Positions 51,624 through 60,505 of a stretch of 64,000 bases of DNA are shown here, in pieces; position 1 is the first letter of the stretch, and the number at the start of each line of letters is the position of its first letter. Both the position numbers and the translations under genes were made by a program. Source of the DNA: Corallococcus sp. AS-1-6 (GTDB lineage: Bacteria; Myxococcota; Myxococcia; Myxococcales; Myxococcaceae); NCBI RefSeq assembly GCF_020037015.1, contig NZ_JAIQDE010000007.1, forward strand, positions 115,886-179,885, in the 5' to 3' direction. The notes under the pieces are model-generated. The model was given only the letters and a program-made list of their open reading frames with translations. It searched no databases and was not told the origin of the DNA.

Positions 51624-52388
51624 TCAAAGGCCTCCAAGGCGCCCGGGATGGGCGGCGACCACGGCCAGCGCCGCGGCGATGAACAGCAGGACGGGGATGG
51701 CGCGAGCGAAGAACTTCGGGCCCTGGCGCAGCGCCATGCCGCACGGCAGGCCGAAGACGAAGCCGCCCAGGTGCCCCGCCCAGCTCACGCCGGGCAGCAG
51801 GCTGATGACCGCCACCTGCAACAGCCAGAACATGTGCTCCTTGCGGCCCTGCTGGGTGAGGATGGGCAGCATCGCGCCGCCCCAGCCGAGGATCATCCCG
51901 GACGCGCCCACCGTCACGGTGTCGAAGTTGAAGAAGAGCGCGAACGCGGAGCCGCCCAGCGCCGTGACGAGCGACAGCCCCAGGAACCTCAGGCTCCCGA
52001 TGCCGCGCTCCAGCGACGCGCCCAGCGAATACACCGCGAGCATGTTGAAGAGCAGGTGCATCGGGCCGCCGTGCTCGAACACCGTGCCCAGCAGGCGCCA
52101 GTACTCGCCCGCCTGGACCCACGGCCCGTAGAGCGCCAGCGGCCCCACGATGCCGTAGTTCGTCCCGCCGATGACCAGCGGGCGGCCCAGGGACTGGCTG
52201 ACGAAGAACATCCCCACCGCGCCCGCGATGATGGCGTAGCAGACGTAGGGCGTGGGCAGCACGCGCCGCGGCTGCGGCGGACCCGGCGGCGGACCGTTCC
52301 CGTCACCGGGGCGCGGCGCGCCGTCCTGCGTGTCTCCCAGCCCGGAGGGGCCGGGGAGGTCATCCAGCATGTTGCGGGGACGGGACAT
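51624..52388 (-). CDS. rhomboid-family intramembrane serine protease
   Basis: GASGMILG (Ser) and AGHLGGF (His) catalytic motifs, 6 TM. Confidence 0.8.
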   Translation of the reverse strand: MSRPRNMLDDLPGPSGLGDTQDGAPRPGDGNGPPPGPPQPRRVLPTPYVCYAIIAGAVGMFFVSQSLGRPLVIGGTNYGIVGPLALYGPWVQAGEYWRLLGTVFEHGGPMHLLFNMLAVYSLGASLERGIGSLRFLGLSLVTALGGSAFALFFNFDTVTVGASGMILGWGGAMLPILTQQGRKEHMFWLLQVAVISLLPGVSWAGHLGGFVFGLPCGMALRQGPKFFARAIPVLLFIAAALAVVAAHPGRLGGL

Positions 52389-52394
52389 GGGTGC

Positions 52395-53981
52395 TCACAG
52401 CTCCCGGGAGAGGACGGTGTCGCGCGTGCCCTGGTGCTCGTCCGTGTGGGGGTAGTCCAGGGTGTAGTGCAGGCCCCGGCTCTCCTTGCGGCGGCTGGCG
52501 CAGTCCACGATGAGGTGCGCCACCTCCGCGATGTTGCGCAGCTCGATGACGTCGCGGGTGACCTTGAAGCGCCAGTAGTAGTCGCGGATCTCCTCGCGCA
52601 GCAGCTCCAGCCGGCGCCTGGCGCGCATCAGCCGCTTGTCCGTGCGGACGATGCCCACGTAGTTCCACATCAGCCGGCGGATCTCATCCCAGTTGTGGGT
52701 GACGACCACGCTCTCGTCGGAGTCCACCGCGCTGCCGGAGTCCCAGGCCGGCGGGTCCTCCTTCGGCAGCGTCAGCGACGCCAGCTCCTCGGACGCCACC
52801 TGCACCGCGCGGTGGCCGAAGACGAGGCCCTCCAGCAGCGAGTTGGACGCGAGCCGGTTGGCGCCGTGCAGGCCCGTGCAGGACACCTCTCCAATGGCGT
52901 AGAGGCCCGGGATGTTGGTGCGCCCGTGCAGGTCCGTCACCACGCCGCCGCACTGGTAGTGGGCCGCGGGCACCACGGGGATGGGCTGCACGGCCATGTC
53001 GATGTTGAAGGCCTTGCAGGTGGCGTAGATGTTGGGGAAGCGCTCGGTGAGGTACGCGCGGCCCAGGTGCGTCATGTCCAGGTAGACGCAGTCGTTGCCC
53101 GTGCGCTTGAGCTCCGCGTCGATGGCGCGCGCCACCACGTCGCGCGGGGCCAGGTCCTTCATGGGGTGGTAGCGGTCCATGAACGTCTGGCCGCCCTTGA
53201 GCCGCAGCTTGCCGCCCTCGCCGCGCAGCGCCTCGCTGATGAGGAAGCTCTTGGCCTCCGGGTGGAAGAGGCACGTGGGGTGGAACTGGTAGAACTCCAT
53301 GTTCGCCACGCGCGCGCCCGCGCGGTACGCCATGGCCACGCCGTCGCCCGTCGCGACGTCCGGGTTGGACGTGTAGAGGTACACCTTGCCCGCGCCGCCC
53401 GTGGCCAGCACCGTCACCTTGGAGAGGAAGCGCTCGATGGAGCCGTCCTCCATCAGCGCGTACGCGCCCAGGCACCGGCTGCCGGCCGGCATGTGCGGAC
53501 GCCGGTCCAGGATGAGGTCGATGGCGGCCGTGTTCTGGAAGAAGGTGATGTGGGGCTGCTCGTCGCACGCGGCCAGCAGCGCGCGCTGCACCTCGCGGCC
53601 GGTGATGTCGCCCGCGTGGATGATCCGGCGGGCGGAGTGGCCACCCTCGCGCGTGAGGTCGAACTCGCCGCCGCGCTGATCGAACGCCGCGCCCAGCGCC
53701 ACCAGCTCCTTGAGGCGCGCGGGGCCCTCCCGCACCGTCACCTCCACCGCGTCGCGGTGGCACAGGCCCGCGCCCGCGACGAGCGTGTCGTCGATGTGCG
53801 CGTCGAAGGTGTCCGTGGGGGACAGCACACCGGCGATGCCCCCCTGGGCGTAGGCGGTGTTGCCTTCACCGCGCTCGCGCTTGGTGAGCACGGCGACCGT
53901 GCCGTGCCGGGCCGCCTGCAGGGCGAACGACAGTCCGGCCACGCCGCCGCCCATGACCAGGAAATCAAACCGATGGGGCAT
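52395..53981 (-). CDS. nadB: L-aspartate oxidase
   Basis: FAD-binding DFLVMGGGVAGL; succinate DH/fumarate reductase flavoprotein family; ...AHYQCGGV... active site; start MPHRFDF at 53981. Confidence 0.85.
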   Translation of the reverse strand: MPHRFDFLVMGGGVAGLSFALQAARHGTVAVLTKRERGEGNTAYAQGGIAGVLSPTDTFDAHIDDTLVAGAGLCHRDAVEVTVREGPARLKELVALGAAFDQRGGEFDLTREGGHSARRIIHAGDITGREVQRALLAACDEQPHITFFQNTAAIDLILDRRPHMPAGSRCLGAYALMEDGSIERFLSKVTVLATGGAGKVYLYTSNPDVATGDGVAMAYRAGARVANMEFYQFHPTCLFHPEAKSFLISEALRGEGGKLRLKGGQTFMDRYHPMKDLAPRDVVARAIDAELKRTGNDCVYLDMTHLGRAYLTERFPNIYATCKAFNIDMAVQPIPVVPAAHYQCGGVVTDLHGRTNIPGLYAIGEVSCTGLHGANRLASNSLLEGLVFGHRAVQVASEELASLTLPKEDPPAWDSGSAVDSDESVVVTHNWDEIRRLMWNYVGIVRTDKRLMRARRRLELLREEIRDYYWRFKVTRDVIELRNIAEVAHLIVDCASRRKESRGLHYTLDYPHTDEHQGTRDTVLSREL

Positions 53982-54069
53982 GGCCAACAGGCTTAATGGC
54001 GGTAAGTGCTGGAAACAAGGCGTTTTCTTGAGGACTTTCCGGGCGTTGTCTAAGGTTTCGCCCGCCGCC

Positions 54070-54759
54070 ATGCGTGTCCTGCCCGCCCTCGTCGTCCTGC
54101 TGACCTGTGCCCTCCCGGCCGCCGCCGCGGACGGCATCTACAGCTACGTGGAGAAGGACGGCACCATCGTCTACACGAACGTGCCGCCTGGAGGCGCGCG
54201 CAAGGCCCGCAAGCTGTCCGGGACCTTCACGCCCGCGCCGGCCAAGTCCGCGCCCGTGCGGGGCCGCTCGCGGACGCCCGCGGAGCTGGATCCGCACATC
54301 ACCAACGCGGCGCTGCGCTACCGCATCCCGCCCGCGCTGGTGCGCGCCATCATGCACACGGAGAGCAACTTCAACCCGAACGCGCTCAGCCACAAGGGCG
54401 CCAGCGGGCTGATGCAGCTCATGCCGGGCACCGCGTCGGAGATGTACGTGAAGGACATCTTCGACTCGAAGGACAACATCGAGGGCGGCGTGCGCTACCT
54501 GCGCGTGCTGGCCAACATGTTCGACGGCGACATGGTGAAGATGGTCGCCGCGTACAACGCGGGCCCGGACGCGGTGAAGAAGTACGGAGGCCAGGTGCCG
54601 CCGTACGCCGAGACGCAGGAATACGTGCGCAAGGTCCTCCAGCTCTACCAACACTACAAGGAGCGCGAGCGGCTCGCCCAGGCCGAGGCCAGCAGCCGTG
54701 AGCCCACACCCGAGAATGACGACGCGCACGAAGGGGACGAAGCCGCCGGGCCCCGCTGA
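54070..54759 (+). CDS. lytic transglycosylase (SLT domain) with N-terminal DUF4124-like domain
   Basis: IYSYVEKDGTIVYTN (DUF4124); SLT motif HTESNFNPNALSHKGASGLMQLMP. Confidence 0.75.
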   Translation: MRVLPALVVLLTCALPAAAADGIYSYVEKDGTIVYTNVPPGGARKARKLSGTFTPAPAKSAPVRGRSRTPAELDPHITNAALRYRIPPALVRAIMHTESNFNPNALSHKGASGLMQLMPGTASEMYVKDIFDSKDNIEGGVRYLRVLANMFDGDMVKMVAAYNAGPDAVKKYGGQVPPYAETQEYVRKVLQLYQHYKERERLAQAEASSREPTPENDDAHEGDEAAGPR

Positions 54760-56461
54760 CGAGGAGTTCCTGCAGCAGCTCCAACGCGGGAGCGAGCTGC
54801 TGGGCGCCGGCAAGGTCACCGAAGCGAAGGACTTCCTGGAGCGTGCGCACCAGCTCCAGCCGCGCCACGAGAAGGCCCAGAACCTCCTGGGCCTGACGTA
54901 TTTCAAGCTGGGCCTCTTCGACCGCGCCGCCGACCTGTACGAGATGCTCGTGCGGGACAACCCGGTGGACCCCACGCTGCGGGTCAACCTGGGGCTCGTC
55001 TACCTGAAGACGAACGCGCTCCAGCGCGCGGCGCGCGAGTTCGAGACCGCCACCGACCTGGCGCCTGACCACAAGAAGGCCCACAACTACCTGGGCCTGA
55101 CCTTCGCCCAGATGGGCGAGTACGGCCGCGCGCGCGAGCACTTCCTCCTGTCCGGCAGCGACGCCATGGCGGAGAAGATGTCGCGCGCCATCGCGGGCGA
55201 GGTCTACAGCCGTCCGCCCGCGGCCCCCTCGCCGGCCCGCCCGCGCGAGGAGGAGGACGAGACCGCCGTCGTCGTCGCGCCGCCCGCGCCCACGCCGGCT
55301 TCCGGTGAGAGCGACTGGGGGGCCCAGTTCGGTCTGGATGAGACGCCCCGCGCTCCTCGCGCCGCCGCGCCGCCCCAGGCCGCCGCGAAGGCACCGGAGG
55401 ACGACCTGCTCTTCGCGGAGGACGAAGGCCCGCCGGCCCCCACGGATGACCACGCGTTCACCTTGCCCGCCGCGACGCAGGTCCAGGAGGACGAGGACCC
55501 CAGCCTCGCCGCTGGCGCGAGCACCTTCGAGGATTCGGACGCGGAGCTCGCCGCCACCACGGACGCGGACACCTCCGGGGCCGACGTCGAGGTCGCCGAC
55601 GAGCTGCCCCCCACGCCGGTGTCGGAGGAGATTGAAGTCTCCGAGGAGCCGCCCGTGCTCGCGTCCGACCTGGAGTCGGGCCCCGGAGACGCCTTCGCGG
55701 AGACCTTCGCCGCGCTGGCCACGAGCGAGCCGCCCCCCACGCCCCGGCCCTCCGCGCCGATTCCGGAGCCCCGGCCCTCCGCGCCGCCTTCCGCGCCTGA
55801 CGCCGGCACGGGCGTGAACCCGCCCGTGCTCACCGCGTGGGTGCCCTCGGTGGCGCTGCCGGGCGCGGCGCCGGGCCAGCCCTTCACCCAGGGCGCGTCC
55901 GCCATGGCGCTCTCGGTGGAGGGCGAGCTGCTCACGCGCCTGGAGGGGCTGATCGCCGTGCGCGGCCAGGTCACCTTCGAGCCGGAGATGAAGCGCTTCC
56001 GGGGCCGGGCCACGGACAAGCCCTTTGGCGAGGGCGACCAGGCCATGGTGCGCGCCCGGGGGCAGGGGACGCTGCACCTGGAGCCCGTGTCCGGGCGCCA
56101 GTGGGTGGCCGTCTCCCTGGACGACGAGTCCGTCTACCTGCGCGACGCGTGCGTCTTCGCCTTCGAGGAGCCCGTCGTCTTCGAGAACGGCCGCGTGCCG
56201 TCGGACCTGGCCCAGGACCTGGACCTGGTCCACCTGCGTGGGCAGGGGCGGGTGCTGCTCAGCCTGACGGGCCCGCTGCGCTCGGTGCCGGTGGCCATGG
56301 ACCAGCCGGTGACGGTGCCCCTCACGCACCTGGTGGGCTGGGTGGGCAACCTCACGCCCCGCGTGGTGCCGCTCGTGACGACCGCTGGCGGGGAGACACT
56401 GAAGGCGGCGGTGGAGCTGGGCGGTGAAGGATTTGCCCTCATCGCACTCGGGGTCCGGTAG
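54716..56461 (+). CDS. TPR-repeat protein with acidic/Pro-rich linker and C-terminal AIM24-like (DUF124) domain
   Basis: N-terminal TPRs (LLGLTYFKLGLFDRAADLY...); ~200 aa D/E/P-rich linker; C-terminus with repeated beta segments resembling AIM24 fold; start ambiguous (54698 or 54716). Confidence 0.5.
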   Translation: MTTRTKGTKPPGPADEEFLQQLQRGSELLGAGKVTEAKDFLERAHQLQPRHEKAQNLLGLTYFKLGLFDRAADLYEMLVRDNPVDPTLRVNLGLVYLKTNALQRAAREFETATDLAPDHKKAHNYLGLTFAQMGEYGRAREHFLLSGSDAMAEKMSRAIAGEVYSRPPAAPSPARPREEEDETAVVVAPPAPTPASGESDWGAQFGLDETPRAPRAAAPPQAAAKAPEDDLLFAEDEGPPAPTDDHAFTLPAATQVQEDEDPSLAAGASTFEDSDAELAATTDADTSGADVEVADELPPTPVSEEIEVSEEPPVLASDLESGPGDAFAETFAALATSEPPPTPRPSAPIPEPRPSAPPSAPDAGTGVNPPVLTAWVPSVALPGAAPGQPFTQGASAMALSVEGELLTRLEGLIAVRGQVTFEPEMKRFRGRATDKPFGEGDQAMVRARGQGTLHLEPVSGRQWVAVSLDDESVYLRDACVFAFEEPVVFENGRVPSDLAQDLDLVHLRGQGRVLLSLTGPLRSVPVAMDQPVTVPLTHLVGWVGNLTPRVVPLVTTAGGETLKAAVELGGEGFALIALGVR

Positions 56462-56472
56462 AACGCGCGCCC

Positions 56473-57162
56473 ATGGCCACCGAGCGAGCCCTCAGGAAGC
56501 AGCGCAAGCGCGAGGAGCGGGCCCGCCGCCGCGCGTCCCGCCGTCCCAGCATCCTGGTGCAGGAGTTCTGGAACCTGCCCAACATGCTGACGCTGGGGCG
56601 CATCCTCCTCATCCCGGTGTTCGTCTGGCTCACCTACGACGCGGACCCCCTGCACTCGCTGCTGGCCGCGCTGGTGTTCGCCGTGGCCGCCATCACCGAC
56701 GTCATCGACGGCTACCTGGCCCGCCGCTGGAACCTCATCACCGTGGTGGGCAAGTTCATGGATCCGCTGGCGGACAAGCTCATCGCCATGGCCGCCCTGG
56801 TGATGATGGTGCGCCTGGGCCGCATCGCGGCCTGGGTCGTCATCGTGCTGCTGGCCCGCGAGTTCATCGTCACCGGCCTGCGCACCATCGCCGCCAGCGA
56901 GGGCATGGTCATCGCCGCGGGGCAGGAGGGGAAGTGGAAGACGTCCCTCCAACTGGTGGGGATCATCTCCCTGTGCGTCCACTACGTGCACCCGCTGGAC
57001 ATGGGCTTCCGCGTCGTCACCGTGGACTACAACCAGGTGGGCAAGGTGCTGGTGTACCTGTCCGGCGCGTTCTCCGTGTGGAGCGCGGTCGTCTACTTCC
57101 GGGCGTTCCTCGGCATGCTCGCCCGGCGAGGCGGGGCGGATCCGGATGCGAAAAGTGTTTGA
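56473..57162 (+). CDS. pgsA: CDP-diacylglycerol--glycerol-3-phosphate 3-phosphatidyltransferase (CDP-alcohol phosphatidyltransferase family)
   Basis: NMLTLGRILLIP...DVIDGYLARRWNLITVVGKFMDPLADK motif. Confidence 0.8.
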   Translation: MATERALRKQRKREERARRRASRRPSILVQEFWNLPNMLTLGRILLIPVFVWLTYDADPLHSLLAALVFAVAAITDVIDGYLARRWNLITVVGKFMDPLADKLIAMAALVMMVRLGRIAAWVVIVLLAREFIVTGLRTIAASEGMVIAAGQEGKWKTSLQLVGIISLCVHYVHPLDMGFRVVTVDYNQVGKVLVYLSGAFSVWSAVVYFRAFLGMLARRGGADPDAKSV

Positions 57163-57236
57163 CGTGCCTGGGAGGCCTCTGTATATCCCGCCCCACTTCC
57201 GGGGCGGCACTGACCGGGCAGCACGCGGTACCTGAT

Positions 57237-57311
57237 GCGGGAATAGCTCAGCGGTAGAGCATCGCCTTGCCAAGGCGAGGGTCGAGGGTTCAAATCCCTT
57301 TTCCCGCTCCA
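57237..57311 (+). tRNA. tRNA-Gly (anticodon GCC)
   Basis: gcgggaatagctcagcggtagagcatcgccttGCCaaggcgagggtcgagggttcaaatcccttttcccgctcca; cloverleaf with 7-bp acceptor stem and encoded CCA. Confidence 0.85.
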
Positions 57312-57341
57312 AACGAAGCACGCAGCACCGCAGTACCTGAT

Positions 57342-57416
57342 GCGGGAATAGCTCAGCGGTAGAGCATCGCCTTGCCAAGGCGAGGGTCGAGGGTTCAAAT
57401 CCCTTTTCCCGCTCCA
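57342..57416 (+). tRNA. tRNA-Gly (anticodon GCC), identical tandem copy
   Basis: Exact duplicate of the 75-nt tRNA separated by 30-nt spacer. Confidence 0.85.
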
Positions 57417-57422
57417 ATCGAA

Positions 57423-57456
57423 GGCCCTCTGGGAAACCAGGGGGCCTTTTTCTTTT
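57423..57456 (+). terminator. rho-independent terminator downstream of tRNA-Gly pair
   Basis: 10-bp GC-rich stem ggccctctgg/ccagggggcc with gaaa loop followed by tttttctttt. Confidence 0.55.
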
Positions 57457-57549
57457 CCCAGCCGGCCTCCTGAAGGCGCGCGAGGCCTGCCGGCCAGACG
57501 GGCTTTCGCGTGGATGGCTGGAGTCCCATGCCTGACACCTTCCGGGGGC

Positions 57550-58350
57550 ATGAGGTATGGATGGCGCCGCATGCTTCGCAACCTCCGTGAGCTCTACCAG
57601 TACCGGGGCCTCCTGCTCAGCCTGACCCAGCGGGAACTGAAGGCCCGGTACCGGAACTCGGTGCTCGGCTTCTTCTGGACGTTCCTCAACCCGATGCTGC
57701 AGATGGGCGTCTACTCGCTGCTCTTCACCGTCTACATGCGGCAGAAGATCCCCGGGTACACGTTCTTCGTCTTCGTGGGGCTGCTGCCGTGGATCTGGTT
57801 CTCCACGTCCCTGGGGACGGGGGCCAGCGCCATCAGCGACCGGCGCGACCTGCTCACCAAGGTGCGCTTCCCCGCGCAGGTGCTCCCGGCCACGGTGGTG
57901 GTGACCAACCTGTGCAACTACGTGCTGTCCCTGCCGCTGATGGTGGCGCTGGGGCTCTTGCTGGGCTACGTGCCCAGTTGGCACGTGGTGGCGTTCCCGG
58001 TGGTGCTGCTCACCCAGCTCTGCATGACGGTGGCGCTGGTCTACATCGTGTCCGCGCTCAACGTGACGTTCCGGGACCTGCAGCAGATCATCGCCAACCT
58101 GCTGACGATGTGGTTCTTCGTCACGCCGGTGTTCTACCGGGTGGACTCGCTGCCGGAGGCGGTGCGGGCGCCCGTGGTGCTGCTCAACCCCATGGCGGTG
58201 ATGGTGACGTCCTACCAGGCCATCTTCTACGAACATCAACTGCCGCAGCCCGGCCCGCTCCTGATGTGGATGGGCATCTCCCTGGCGCTGCTGTGGATCG
58301 CGGCGGGCATCTTCGAGCGCCGCCGCGAGGACTTCGCGGAGTTCATATGA
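57550..58350 (+). CDS. wzm: ABC-2 type polysaccharide/O-antigen export permease
   Basis: ABC-2 permease signature ...RELKARYRNSVLGFFWTFLNP...; 6 TM; start ATG 57550 (57514 also possible). Confidence 0.75.
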   Translation: MRYGWRRMLRNLRELYQYRGLLLSLTQRELKARYRNSVLGFFWTFLNPMLQMGVYSLLFTVYMRQKIPGYTFFVFVGLLPWIWFSTSLGTGASAISDRRDLLTKVRFPAQVLPATVVVTNLCNYVLSLPLMVALGLLLGYVPSWHVVAFPVVLLTQLCMTVALVYIVSALNVTFRDLQQIIANLLTMWFFVTPVFYRVDSLPEAVRAPVVLLNPMAVMVTSYQAIFYEHQLPQPGPLLMWMGISLALLWIAAGIFERRREDFAEFI

Positions 58351-59657
58351 CCAGCGCCATCGCGTCTCCGGACGCCATCGTGCTCCGCAACGTGGTGAAG
58401 CGCTTCCGGAAGAGCACCATCCGGCGCGAGTACACCACCATCAAGTCGGAGCTCATCCGCTTCCTGCGAGGCCAGCGCGACACGGACGGCAAGTCCATGA
58501 TCGAAGCGCTCCGGGGCATCGACCTGGTGGTGCCCCGCGGCAAGACGGTGGGCATCATCGGGCGCAACGGCTCCGGCAAGAGCACGCTGCTCAAGCTCAT
58601 CTCCGGCATCTACACGCCGACCACGGGCACCATCGACATCAACGGGCGCATCAGCGCGCTGTTGGACCTGGGCGCGGGCTTCCACCCGGACTTCTCCGGC
58701 CGGGAGAACATCCTCATCAACGGCATCATCCTGGGGATGTCGCGCGCGGAGGTGAAGGCGCGCATGGAGGAGATCATCGCCTTCAGCGAGCTGGGCGACT
58801 TCATCGACGAGCCGGTGCGCACCTACTCCAGCGGCATGTACATGCGCCTGGCGTTCTCCGTGGCCACGCACGTGGACCCGGACATCCTCATCATCGACGA
58901 GATCCTCGCCGTCGGTGACGAGCACTTCGGCAAGAAGAGCCTGGCGAAGATGACGGAGTTCAAGCGGGCCGGGAAGACCATCGTCATCGTCACCCACGAC
59001 CTGGGGACGCTGGAGCGCTGGTGCGACCTGGGCGCGTGGATCGACGCCGGGCGCATCCGCGAGTTCGGCCCGCCCGCGGACGTCATCCGCAGCTACCGCC
59101 GCGCGGTGGAGCTGGCGGAGGAGCGCGGCATGTCCATGGAGGCGCCCGCGCTGGCGTCGGACGGCGGCGCGCTGCCCTCGCTGGCGGCGCCCCAGGCCGA
59201 ACCGTCTCCGCTCACCCTGGAGGCGGTGACGCTGAAGGGCCGGGACGGCGGGGCGGTGGAGTGCGTGGACACCGAGGACGGCCTGGAGCTGAGCGTCGCG
59301 TACACCGCGAATGCGCCCGCGCCGGAGCTGGGCCTGGGGCTGGAGCTCCTCCGGGCGGACGGGGTGCTGGTGCACGCCACGGACACGTTCGCGGAGGAGG
59401 TGCCCTTCTGCGCGGCGGCGGCAGGCAGCGGGACGGTGCGCTTCGTGGTGGACCGGCTGGGCCTCACCGCGGGGCGCTACGCGTTCACGGTGGTGGTGCG
59501 CGACCGGGCGGGGCAGGTGCGGGAGAAGCGCGAGGCGGCGTGCGCCTTCGAGGTGCGCTCCGGCGTGCGGGATGGCGGGGTGACGCGGCCTCCACACCGG
59601 TGGATTGTCGAGGGCGCCGCGGCTCGCGTGGCGCCGGTGCGAGACGTCGGCTCGTGA
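58347..59657 (+). CDS. wzt: ABC transporter ATP-binding protein for polysaccharide/O-antigen export with C-terminal Wzt-type carbohydrate-binding domain
   Basis: GRNGSGKSTLLK Walker A, YSSGMYMRLAF signature; ATGA overlap with wzm; extra ~180 aa C-terminal domain. Confidence 0.85.
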   Translation: MTSAIASPDAIVLRNVVKRFRKSTIRREYTTIKSELIRFLRGQRDTDGKSMIEALRGIDLVVPRGKTVGIIGRNGSGKSTLLKLISGIYTPTTGTIDINGRISALLDLGAGFHPDFSGRENILINGIILGMSRAEVKARMEEIIAFSELGDFIDEPVRTYSSGMYMRLAFSVATHVDPDILIIDEILAVGDEHFGKKSLAKMTEFKRAGKTIVIVTHDLGTLERWCDLGAWIDAGRIREFGPPADVIRSYRRAVELAEERGMSMEAPALASDGGALPSLAAPQAEPSPLTLEAVTLKGRDGGAVECVDTEDGLELSVAYTANAPAPELGLGLELLRADGVLVHATDTFAEEVPFCAAAAGSGTVRFVVDRLGLTAGRYAFTVVVRDRAGQVREKREAACAFEVRSGVRDGGVTRPPHRWIVEGAAARVAPVRDVGS

Positions 59658-60505
59658 GCGGCCCTGCTTCGGCGAACGGGGGGGGGCCGGGCATCTGGCT
59701 GGGCATCGTGCTTTACCGGAACCCGGAGCGGGAGCTGGAGCGACTGTGGGAGTCGCTCCGGTGGAACCGCGAGGTCCCGGGTGCGCCCGCGTTCCGGGTC
59801 GTCTGGCTGGACAACTCGCCGGACGACACGCTGCGCGCGCGGGTGGAGCGGCTGGACGCGGACGCGGACTACCGGCACGCGGGCGGCAACCTGGGCTTCG
59901 GGGCCGCGCACAACCGGCTGATGGCGGAGGCCTTCGGCTCGGGAGGGGCGCGGTACTACGTCTGCGTGAACCCGGACGGGCTGCTGCATCCGGACTGCGT
60001 GCGGGAGCTGGCCCGCGAGGCGGATCAGCGCGCGGACACGGGGCTGGTGGAGGCGCGGCTGTTCCCGGACGAGCACCCCAAGCCGTACCACCCGGCGACG
60101 GGCGAGACGCCCTGGTGCAGCGGCTGCGTGCTGCTGGTGACGAAGCGGCTGCACGCGCGGGTGGGGGGCTTCGACGAGCGCTTCTTCATGTACTGCGAGG
60201 ACGTGGACCTGTCGTGGCGCGCGAGGGCCTCCGGGCTGTCCATCCGGGTGGCGCCCGCCGCGCTGGTGCACCACTACACCGTCACCCGCGAGGAGAGCCC
60301 GGTGCGCGAGCGGATGGTCCGCCGCAGCGCGGCCCTGCTCGGGGCGAAGTACGGGGACGCGGCGTTCATGAACGCCCGCCTGCGGGAGTACGCGCGGCTG
60401 GGCGGCGAGCCGTTCCCGACGCCGGACGTCCTCAAGCCCGGTCGGAAGCTCGCGGGCATCGCGGACTTCAGGCACCACCTGGAGTTCGCCCGGAGGCGCT
60501 GGTGA
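59654..60505 (+). CDS. family 2 glycosyltransferase
   Basis: GTGA overlap with wzt stop; VVWLDNSPDD and CEDVDLSWR GT2-A motifs. Confidence 0.7.
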   Translation: MSGPASANGGGPGIWLGIVLYRNPERELERLWESLRWNREVPGAPAFRVVWLDNSPDDTLRARVERLDADADYRHAGGNLGFGAAHNRLMAEAFGSGGARYYVCVNPDGLLHPDCVRELAREADQRADTGLVEARLFPDEHPKPYHPATGETPWCSGCVLLVTKRLHARVGGFDERFFMYCEDVDLSWRARASGLSIRVAPAALVHHYTVTREESPVRERMVRRSAALLGAKYGDAAFMNARLREYARLGGEPFPTPDVLKPGRKLAGIADFRHHLEFARRRW

